From Nitrospinaceae bacterium (GTDB lineage Bacteria; Nitrospinota; Nitrospinia; Nitrospinales; Nitrospinaceae), in contig OZ250172.1 in NCBI GenBank assembly GCA_965237905.1, positions 2,304,001 through 2,368,000 of the forward strand: a DNA stretch of 64,000 nt. The letters run 5' to 3'. Positions 39,527 to 47,754 of this stretch are shown here, piece by piece. The notes under the pieces are model-generated. The model worked only from the letters and a program-made list of their open reading frames with translations, was not told where the DNA came from and made no database searches. Position 1 is the stretch's first letter; each line of letters starts with the position of its first letter. The position numbers and the translations under genes were made by a program.

Positions 39527-41457
39527 TGCTCTACTCGAATTGATGGTTTTTGTTTTTCCAACCAAGGTCGATAGCTTTCATATGAATGGATGACAAAACC
39601 GTTAAAGCTGGAAAACCGGCAAAGCTCTTTTTCCGAGTGTCGCATGACCTCTTCTAAATCCTTTAGTTTTTTCTGGTCGAAGGTGAGCTTGCTGGAGGGC
39701 ACCGGAACTCGGCGTGTCTGGTGTAAAAAAAGGGCTCCCTGGGCATCAAGGGTTTTCCCTTTCGGGATAAAGGTAATCCGGATTTTTTGTGAATCGATGG
39801 CTTTGATCATAAGCTGGCTGCCTCCCCCCTTTGGACCAAAGTCATATATTGTTTCATCGGGCAGCCAAACAGTTTCCAGACCGATGAAAACTTTTTTGCC
39901 TTTTTTGGCGGCATACCTGAGTTCATTGATTCCATGCGCAATCACTCCATCGGCACCATAGGCGATCGTTCGATAATCCATGATGCCTACATTATCCACC
40001 ACATCGATAATCCGTTCGCTCACCGGACGACCTTCGAGGGTTGCCGCAGGCTCAAAAAATTCATTGAAGCCATCAAACCAAAATGGGATATCGACGCCAA
40101 AGGCGAGTCCTGCTTTCTGAGCGAGTACCTGGGATTTCTCCGCCAACTCAAGATATTCTTTCAGCACGCTTTCTTTATGGATCCCTCCAAATTGAGGCAA
40201 AAGGTAGGGTTCGTTGTCATAGCGGATTCCGTAAAAGCGCTCCTTGGGTGAAACCGTTTGATTGTATTGAATGATTTTTTGGAGTAGGCCGATGGATCGA
40301 CCATGCCATTCTTTTAAAGCAAATCGGGGGTCTCCATCAAGGGCGTGAACTCTGATGCCGGCCTGGTTTAACTTGGAAAGCAGGGGACGCATCCCCGCTG
40401 AATCCCAGAAAATCGTCCACCCCGTTCCCTTTTTTTCAGCTTCATAGGGGATCTGCACAAAAAGGTCGGTGAGCTGGTGTCTTTTGCAAAAATCCAGAAA
40501 TGTTTTCTGTTCTTCCAGATTCTTTATTATTTTTTCCGTCTCCCATAACCACATGGCCTTATTGGATGAACACGACTGAGCCTGATCATTCCTTGCGCTT
40601 GCAATAGCGACTCCCTTTTTCTTTGTAAAAGCCAGGTCCTTTATAAAAATCCGCCCCGAACCGTTGCCAGCGACCTGAAAAACAACGTTCGCAAGTTCTT
40701 TTCGGTTGATGCGGGCACTCAACCGGGAAAGAGGAACCCAGGCGGTTTGCCAATCCTTTTTCGCTTTTCCATGAGGTAAAAAGGAGGAGACCTCTCCTAT
40801 CAAAAATGAGTCTTCCTTTTTCTCCATGGCTCGGTCTGCCATCCGGAGCAGGATTTTTTCATTGCCTTGCTCGCCCCGGAACGAGAAGGTCAGATAAGCA
40901 AAGGGAGTGGCATCCAAAAAAACCTGCTTGGAAGGAGGCGTTTTAAAATCAAAAAGGTGAATCCAAAAACCTGAGAAGCCCGGAGGTTGGTTCTCAAAAT
41001 AATAAGTCAGCGCGGGTCTATCATCCGAAGTCTGGGTGATGGACACAGTGGACTTTGAGGGATGTCTTGCAAACCCGTTAAAGTAGCCCCCCAGCCGATT
41101 GATATTTCCCTGGTTAAAATGGCTCACCAAAAAATAATCCCCCTCAAAGGAAGGAACGCGGCCACGGGGTCCTGCCGGGGTTTTTAGGATTGGCTTGTGT
41201 TCGCGAATATCATAGAGGACGATTTCATCCCCATCCTTTTTATGCAGGATACCCAACGAAAGATGGCCAATCTGTGAGGGGTGGCTTACACCCCAGTCGG
41301 GCAGGGAAATGATTTTGGATGGAAAAGAGTGGGCCACGTGGTTTGAAAAGCACAGGTTGCAGGAAACTGAAAGAAGGCTGAAAGCAAGCATGAGGCGGTA
41401 ACGATCCATCAGCTTGGGAAATAAGAAAACTTTAGCTAAAAGTTTATGGTATCGCAT
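39523..41457 (-). CDS. exported CBM11/CIA30-like domain + TIM-barrel putative glycoside hydrolase
   Basis: FSGFWIHL, LTFSFRG, WQTAWVPL, IFIKDLAF; AMWLW, VHALDGDP, GIRYDNEPY, DIPFWF, IMDYR, IGLET. Confidence 0.65.
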   Translation of the reverse strand: MRYHKLLAKVFLFPKLMDRYRLMLAFSLLSVSCNLCFSNHVAHSFPSKIISLPDWGVSHPSQIGHLSLGILHKKDGDEIVLYDIREHKPILKTPAGPRGRVPSFEGDYFLVSHFNQGNINRLGGYFNGFARHPSKSTVSITQTSDDRPALTYYFENQPPGFSGFWIHLFDFKTPPSKQVFLDATPFAYLTFSFRGEQGNEKILLRMADRAMEKKEDSFLIGEVSSFLPHGKAKKDWQTAWVPLSRLSARINRKELANVVFQVAGNGSGRIFIKDLAFTKKKGVAIASARNDQAQSCSSNKAMWLWETEKIIKNLEEQKTFLDFCKRHQLTDLFVQIPYEAEKKGTGWTIFWDSAGMRPLLSKLNQAGIRVHALDGDPRFALKEWHGRSIGLLQKIIQYNQTVSPKERFYGIRYDNEPYLLPQFGGIHKESVLKEYLELAEKSQVLAQKAGLAFGVDIPFWFDGFNEFFEPAATLEGRPVSERIIDVVDNVGIMDYRTIAYGADGVIAHGINELRYAAKKGKKVFIGLETVWLPDETIYDFGPKGGGSQLMIKAIDSQKIRITFIPKGKTLDAQGALFLHQTRRVPVPSSKLTFDQKKLKDLEEVMRHSEKELCRFSSFNGFVIHSYESYRPWLEKQKPSIRVEQ

Positions 41458-41566
41458 AATAAATTTAAGGAAACCTTAGACAAATAATCGTCTCATTAAA
41501 TGATCAGAAAATCGCGGGAAAAATCTTGGGAGGCATCCCTTTTTTGCTTAAGTCTTCCTGCGAATT

Positions 41567-42991
41567 TTAAAAACCCTTTCGAACCATTTTTCCCCAGCCA
41601 CCTTTTTTGCCTGTAAAATATTGGAAAAGGCCCACCAATCTGTACCAGACGGTCAAAGGCCTGTACACAAATACCTCAATAAACGAGAGTGCAATAAGCT
41701 TCATTATCATAGAAGTGTTGGGGTACCGCTGATAGGTCATTTCTTCAAAAATAACGGATCCAATGGAAAGCAAAATATTAAGAACGATGGTGGCTAAAAT
41801 AAACAGATAAATAAGGGGGTAAGCGACCATATTTAACTGCCAGGACACAAAAAATAATAAGAATCCAAATACTTCAATTATGGGACCTAAACCTTCAGCA
41901 AACAAAAAAAATGGATACATCACCAAGCCTATGATTCCATACTTCGGATTAAATAACATTTTTTTGTTGCCCAGCAAACTCTCCAATAATCCCCGTTGCC
42001 ACCGTTTTCTTTGCAGGCCAAGCACATTAAGGGTTTCCGGGGCTTCCGTCCAGCAGACGGGGTCGGGGATAAATGTAATATTGTAGGGTTCCTTCTTTTC
42101 CCTTAACCGGGCATGGAGTCTCAAAACCAGTTCCATGTCTTCCCCCACAGAGGCTGTATTATATCCGCCAATTTCAATCACTTTATCTTTTTTGAAAATT
42201 CCGAAGGCCCCGGAGATGATGATCAAGCCATTGACTAGCGAAAAAGCCATCCTTCCTGCCAGAAAAGACCTGAAATATTCCATTACTTGAAACTTGCCCA
42301 AAAGGCTTTTTGGGAGGCCGATCTTAGTTACTCTTCCGTTAAATATCTCACACCCATTAGCAATTCGAATGGATCCACCCGCGGCTACTGTCGTGTGGTC
42401 TTCTGTAAAAGGACGGACGATCTTCACAAGAACATCCGGTTCCAAAATGGAGTCTGCATCTAAGGAGCATATCAATGGATATTTGGAAATATTAATGCCG
42501 GCATTCAAGGCATCGGCTTTCCCCCCGTTCTCTTTGTCAACCACGGTAAGGTTAGAGTAAGTTGATGACTCATAAATTCCTCTGATATTCTGGGAAGGGA
42601 GCTCTCTTTTGAAAACATTTTTTGTCTTTATCAAATCGAAAGAATTTAATAATTTCTCCAGAGTATTATCGCTGGAACCATCATTGATCAGAATAATTTC
42701 ATATGCCGGGTATTGCAATTGCAGTATTGATTTGAGGCTCTCTACAATAGTCGCTTGTTCGTTATAGGCAGGAACAAGTAATGATACCGGTTTGGCAAAA
42801 GGTGAGAGGAAAAGATTCTTCATCTCCAGGGACCGAACGTGATGAGAGTATTTCTTGATTGCGCGGAATGCGATCATCAACATCAAAATATATACGGTAT
42901 TGATAAAAACAAAATAACCGGTAATGAAATAATTATTGAAACGAATAAAAGGATAGAGGAAGTCTAAGACAGTTTGATCGATTGAGGTCAT
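41567..42991 (-). CDS. processive GT2 glycosyltransferase (PgaC/IcaA-like polysaccharide synthase)
   Basis: PAYNE, NDGS, GGKADALNAG, LDADS, GEDMEL, QRKRW; N- and C-terminal TM helices. Confidence 0.92.
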   Translation of the reverse strand: MTSIDQTVLDFLYPFIRFNNYFITGYFVFINTVYILMLMIAFRAIKKYSHHVRSLEMKNLFLSPFAKPVSLLVPAYNEQATIVESLKSILQLQYPAYEIILINDGSSDNTLEKLLNSFDLIKTKNVFKRELPSQNIRGIYESSTYSNLTVVDKENGGKADALNAGINISKYPLICSLDADSILEPDVLVKIVRPFTEDHTTVAAGGSIRIANGCEIFNGRVTKIGLPKSLLGKFQVMEYFRSFLAGRMAFSLVNGLIIISGAFGIFKKDKVIEIGGYNTASVGEDMELVLRLHARLREKKEPYNITFIPDPVCWTEAPETLNVLGLQRKRWQRGLLESLLGNKKMLFNPKYGIIGLVMYPFFLFAEGLGPIIEVFGFLLFFVSWQLNMVAYPLIYLFILATIVLNILLSIGSVIFEEMTYQRYPNTSMIMKLIALSFIEVFVYRPLTVWYRLVGLFQYFTGKKGGWGKMVRKGF

Positions 42992-44376
42992 TGAGGCTTG
43001 GATAAAAATTGAGCGATGATACCCTTGGCGAAAGGGTCTCTAGTGTTTTTAAGAAAGTTTTGCAAGCATTTCTTGCCCGCTTCACCCATTTGGGATATTG
43101 CAGATGCGGAGTGAAATCGACACCACCAATCCCTATCTTCAAGTAACCGGGAGATGGGTCTCGCAGTGCTTTCATCCCCGAAAATACCCAGAGCTTTGGC
43201 AGACTGAGCCCTTATGACAGGATGTCCGCTATTCAGGTGATCGAGCAATAGAGGAATCGATTCTTCCGCTTCCAAATGGCCCAAAGCCTTAATCACGCTA
43301 ATCGTTTCTTCAACATTTTTTGAATTCTTTAAAAGATCGATCAGCACGGGCGCTCCTTCCACCCTTTTGATATATCCAATAAAATCGATCATTTTAATCC
43401 TGGCAGGCGCCGGGTATTTTTTATCCTTTTTGCTGAGGACTTCTTCGAGATTGATGGATTCATTATTCTCGTATTTAAGAATAATCTCATCCAATAGCTC
43501 CTCTGCCAAGTCTTCGTCTTCCAGTATAATGCTGACAGCCTTCTTTGAATTTTTCAAGCGGTTAATCAGCTTGGGCCCGCTTTCCGCTCTGGTGATTTGT
43601 TCGATGAGATTGGTGATTTTAAATCTGGCGGGTATGGGATATTTATCGACCTCTTGGCAAAGCAAAGTTTCAAGATTTATAGATCTCTTAAACTTAAGAA
43701 GAACCTCAGCGAACAGCTCCTCGGTAATGAGTTCGTTTTGGAGTAATGTGCTGACCACCTTTTTCATTAATGGGCGATCCCCCATTTTCAATAACGCGCC
43801 GGCGGCATTCAGGGCAACCGTGATTTCTTTATCATGCAATGCTTTGGTAAGATCCTTTATGTTGTTGGAATCCTTGAATACTCCCAACCTTTGAACGGCC
43901 AAGGCCCGTCTCCATGTGGAATTTGAATGTTTTAACTGACGACGCTCCCTTTTGACTACTCCGATTTCTCGTAAAATGTCGGTCATTCTTATCAGGCTGT
44001 CTCCCTTCATGTCATTTAAATAAGGGGTGATAAATTCCCCAAACAGTTCGTACTCACTTTTTTTTATGGTCTTTATTAAAGTTGAGATGTCTGCATCGTC
44101 AAGGATCAAAGGGAGAAAGTTTTGTTCCCAGACAACGAACTTACGGGATTTTAATTTTTGGTATCGATTGAATTTAAACCGTAGATAGATAACATATAAG
44201 AAAAGGAATACGGTGATCCCAATGAGAAGGAAAACAGAAAAAATCAGAGCAGTCGTGACCGGGTATTCCTGGAAGTGTTTATTAAAGGGAAAGAAAACCT
44301 GCTCGTTAATAAACCGCAAAAAGGAATTGTCGATTTTCAGATAACCGTCGAGTTCCCAGAATTTGGGAGAGTCCAT
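42988..44376 (-). CDS. membrane-anchored HEAT-repeat protein
   Basis: Single TM; RRALAVQRLG, IRAQSAKALG, DRDWWCRFHSASAI; ATGA overlap with the GT2 gene. Confidence 0.85.
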   Translation of the reverse strand: MDSPKFWELDGYLKIDNSFLRFINEQVFFPFNKHFQEYPVTTALIFSVFLLIGITVFLFLYVIYLRFKFNRYQKLKSRKFVVWEQNFLPLILDDADISTLIKTIKKSEYELFGEFITPYLNDMKGDSLIRMTDILREIGVVKRERRQLKHSNSTWRRALAVQRLGVFKDSNNIKDLTKALHDKEITVALNAAGALLKMGDRPLMKKVVSTLLQNELITEELFAEVLLKFKRSINLETLLCQEVDKYPIPARFKITNLIEQITRAESGPKLINRLKNSKKAVSIILEDEDLAEELLDEIILKYENNESINLEEVLSKKDKKYPAPARIKMIDFIGYIKRVEGAPVLIDLLKNSKNVEETISVIKALGHLEAEESIPLLLDHLNSGHPVIRAQSAKALGIFGDESTARPISRLLEDRDWWCRFHSASAISQMGEAGKKCLQNFLKNTRDPFAKGIIAQFLSKPQ

Positions 44377-44456
44377 CGTAGGGAGACGAATTTATTAATA
44401 GGTGAAAAGTGTTGCCATGAGTCTGATCCTGGCAAGTCAGGCAAGGTGTGTTGAAA

Positions 44457-44825
44457 CTAATTTGACTTTAAAGCCCTATTTACCCTTAGTATTAATTCCG
44501 CCGGGCTGAAAGGTTTGGACATATAATCTTGAGCGCCCAGTTCCAATCCTTTGATGATATCCTTTTCCTGGGCTTTTGAAGTCAGCATGATTACAGGGAT
44601 GTCTTTTAATTTGTCATTCGCTTTGACTTTTTTGAGAATTTGAATGCCATCCATATAAGGGACCATAATATCTGAAATAATCAAATCGGGTTTGAATGTT
44701 TTCAATATTTCCAACGCTTTCAACCCATCATTGGCCCATGTCAGGTCATGTTTTTCCTTTTTTAATTTATACTCAATGATCTTCCATATATGGGCGTCAT
44801 CCTCAATGACCAACACTTTTGCCAT
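44457..44825 (-). CDS. single-domain response regulator (receiver only)
   Basis: VIEDD, ISDIMVPYMDG, MLTS, MSKPFSP; GAAGG RBS before ATG 44825. Confidence 0.92.
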   Translation of the reverse strand: MAKVLVIEDDAHIWKIIEYKLKKEKHDLTWANDGLKALEILKTFKPDLIISDIMVPYMDGIQILKKVKANDKLKDIPVIMLTSKAQEKDIIKGLELGAQDYMSKPFSPAELILRVNRALKSN

Positions 44826-45131
44826 GGATTTACCTTCTTTAGGGGATGACACGCCATTAACCCTTTAATTTTAGTACTTTAAGGCTTATAAGACAAGTAC
44901 TTATAATTGTAGGGCAAATTCGCAATTTTTAAAAGGCTAGTTTTCGAATAACCCAAAAAAATGGGTTTAGGAGGAAACCCGATTAACGAAAATCCATGCC
45001 TCTCCTGGTCCCCCCCAAACCTTTTGAAAAATATGTATCAATGGACTATCCTGAGTTATGTCTTTGATAATATTCAGCATCCGGCCCCAAAGCGGAAACT
45101 TTGATTGACGGCGACACCTTATAAGTAAAAA

Positions 45132-47753
45132 ATGGAAAAATTAAAGTCGGTTATCCCGGCAGATGTATTGGCAGCGACCCAGGACCGGGTTGTTCGAAAC
45201 GCCTCTTCCAGAGACTATTATTTCTTGAAGCAAGGCGGTGGCGTCACCTTGGGGAATTCTCCCAGGGGCCGATTCGTTTATGGGTTTGATGGTTTTACTT
45301 TATGGTGCCAGGCCGATGGCCATATCTATGCTTCGGATGGCCTGCATCAGCTATTCTCTGCCACCAAAGAAGGAGACGAACCCTCTATCGCCTTTTTTCT
45401 CGACGTGTGGGGGAAGGTGATCTCTCTCCTGCCGACACCTTTTCTGGGTGACGGTGCGCAACGCTACACGGTGTCTGCCATCCATGCGACCTACTATTTT
45501 ACAGAATGGGAGGATATTGCGACCACCGTACGTGTGACGGCCAGCCCGACGAACCAACTGCTTTTTTCTCTCTTCGTTTCATTCCAGAAACCCCGTCAAA
45601 ATTGCCGCCTGTTAACCTATTGCTCTCCTTATGAAAAAGACGAGCTGGGTAAATCGGATGAAGATCGCTGGTTTCTGACGACAAAAACAACAAACCAGAT
45701 CAATCGGGACGGAAAATCAAGAGTCCTGTTTCCCCCTTGTTCCGTAACCGTCTTCGAAGATCCCGATCGATTTACATCGCTCACGCACCAATCGCTTCTC
45801 CGGGGGTCCTGTGCGCTGACTCCCGGAATCAAATTTCAGGACTATGAAAGTACCACCTCGCGCAAAGAGTTTGTTGGCGGCAATAACCGGAATCTGAATA
45901 ACCCCGTTGTTTTTGGAAGGCCACATTTTCCAGAGCAAAGGTCTGAAACGGTCTTTAATGATCAAGGCATATTTTCCAATGCGCTTTTTTTGGAGGCAGA
46001 GGGCCATTCAGCCCTGCGGCTCGATTATATATACCAAAGGGTGTTTAACCCAAGCGATTTGGAGAAGCTCGCCGGTGAGCCGGTAGTTCCCGTGCTTGTG
46101 GATAAAGCTGTTCAGGAAGTGGCGGATGAAACTTCGGGACATCTGCGTTGCCTGAAGATAGAGGGCTCATTTGATAAAAAGTACAGCGAACTCGATGATC
46201 AGGATTTTTTCTCATTTCTGATCACCCTGCAACATCAGGTAGCCGTTTGCTCCAAAATAAAAGGATATATGCAATTGGCCCGAAGATCGCTTGTGGGTAT
46301 CAGGGATGTGTTTCAGGCTTTAGAGGCCTATCTCTATTTCGCCCCGGAAAAAGCCAAAGAAAAAATACTGGAAGCGCTGGGTTACACCTGCTTGAGCGGC
46401 CGGTGCCTGAGGCAATATCTGCCTGGAAGCCCGATTGCAGACACGCGAGAATTTATTGACCAGGGGCTTTGGGTGATCAAAACGATCATCGAGTATGTCA
46501 AGGTAACAGGCGATCAATCCATTCTATCCGAAGAGGCGGGTTACCATGAAATCGTGGAGGACAACCCCTATATAGGAACAGTCAGGCCCATCGAAACCCA
46601 TGAGACGGTGCTCCTGCACTTGTTTAGGATACTTGAATATCTCATTAAAAATATAAATCCAAAAACCCAATTGTTGATGGCGTTGTATGGCGACTGGAAC
46701 GATGCCCTGGACGGTTTGGGTTTTACTGATAAAAAAGGCAAGCAATTCGGGACAGGCACCACTGTTATGGGAAGCCTGCAACTGTACCAAAACTGCAAGG
46801 ACATGATTGAGCTACTGCATTTTCTTGATTTGCAGGATAGCCACAAGGATGAGGTTGGGCTCTATCATAAAACAAAGGAAAAACTTTATTCGGGCCTGGT
46901 AAACAATGCGATCCTGGGTTCGGGTAGCGCAACACGAATCGCCCACGGTTTTGGAGATGGAGCGAAATATACCGTGGGGGGTCCCGAAGATCCTGATGGC
47001 GTTTCTCGATATGGTTTGACGAGTAACGCTTACTGGATAATCAGTGGTATTCACCAGGATGCAAAAACGAAAGAGGGCCTCGATCTGTTGCCCTCTATTG
47101 TGTCGGCTTATGAACAATTGGATGACAAATACGGATTGAGAACGTTTCACCCTGTCTTCGCCCGGGGAACGGAACATTGGTTTGGCCGCATACCCAGACT
47201 TCCTGCCGGTACAGCGGAAAATGGAGCCACCTACAATCACGCGACCCTGTTCGGAATTTGGTCGTTGTTCCAGGCAGGGCAATCCCAGGCGGCGTGGCGG
47301 CAATTGGAAAAAATGTTGCCGTTTACCTCCATACATAACAATTACAATCTCACGCCTTTCGTCATGCCTAATTCCTACATCCATAATATGGAGCAAGGGC
47401 TCGATGGAGAGTCCATGAACGATTGGCAAACGGGAAGCTCCAATGTTCTGCTTAAAATCCTGGTTTGGTATGTCTTCGGGTTTCGTCCGGAATTGAACCA
47501 TTTGAGAATACAGCCCGATCCCCGGAGTCCCCTGACTCAATTCAGCTACAGCGGAACCTACCAGAATAAAAACATCGTCATGAGTTACCAGAAAACCTCG
47601 GAGGTCAAGGAGCGGGTTATCGTTTGCAACGAAAAACCTCTCAAGCTATTTAGGGATGATGCATTAAACGCCCTGGTGGCCGACCTTCCTTGCGGCAAAC
47701 TCAAGAAAGAAAACCAAATCAAAATCTCCGACCCCCTGGTTATGGATCATTAG
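45132..47753 (+). CDS. GH94-like glycoside phosphorylase
   Basis: GIRDVFQ, FIDQGLW, GDWNDALDG (catalytic Asp), ENGATYNHA, WQTGSS. Confidence 0.8.
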   Translation: MEKLKSVIPADVLAATQDRVVRNASSRDYYFLKQGGGVTLGNSPRGRFVYGFDGFTLWCQADGHIYASDGLHQLFSATKEGDEPSIAFFLDVWGKVISLLPTPFLGDGAQRYTVSAIHATYYFTEWEDIATTVRVTASPTNQLLFSLFVSFQKPRQNCRLLTYCSPYEKDELGKSDEDRWFLTTKTTNQINRDGKSRVLFPPCSVTVFEDPDRFTSLTHQSLLRGSCALTPGIKFQDYESTTSRKEFVGGNNRNLNNPVVFGRPHFPEQRSETVFNDQGIFSNALFLEAEGHSALRLDYIYQRVFNPSDLEKLAGEPVVPVLVDKAVQEVADETSGHLRCLKIEGSFDKKYSELDDQDFFSFLITLQHQVAVCSKIKGYMQLARRSLVGIRDVFQALEAYLYFAPEKAKEKILEALGYTCLSGRCLRQYLPGSPIADTREFIDQGLWVIKTIIEYVKVTGDQSILSEEAGYHEIVEDNPYIGTVRPIETHETVLLHLFRILEYLIKNINPKTQLLMALYGDWNDALDGLGFTDKKGKQFGTGTTVMGSLQLYQNCKDMIELLHFLDLQDSHKDEVGLYHKTKEKLYSGLVNNAILGSGSATRIAHGFGDGAKYTVGGPEDPDGVSRYGLTSNAYWIISGIHQDAKTKEGLDLLPSIVSAYEQLDDKYGLRTFHPVFARGTEHWFGRIPRLPAGTAENGATYNHATLFGIWSLFQAGQSQAAWRQLEKMLPFTSIHNNYNLTPFVMPNSYIHNMEQGLDGESMNDWQTGSSNVLLKILVWYVFGFRPELNHLRIQPDPRSPLTQFSYSGTYQNKNIVMSYQKTSEVKERVIVCNEKPLKLFRDDALNALVADLPCGKLKKENQIKISDPLVMDH

Positions 47754-47754
47754 C

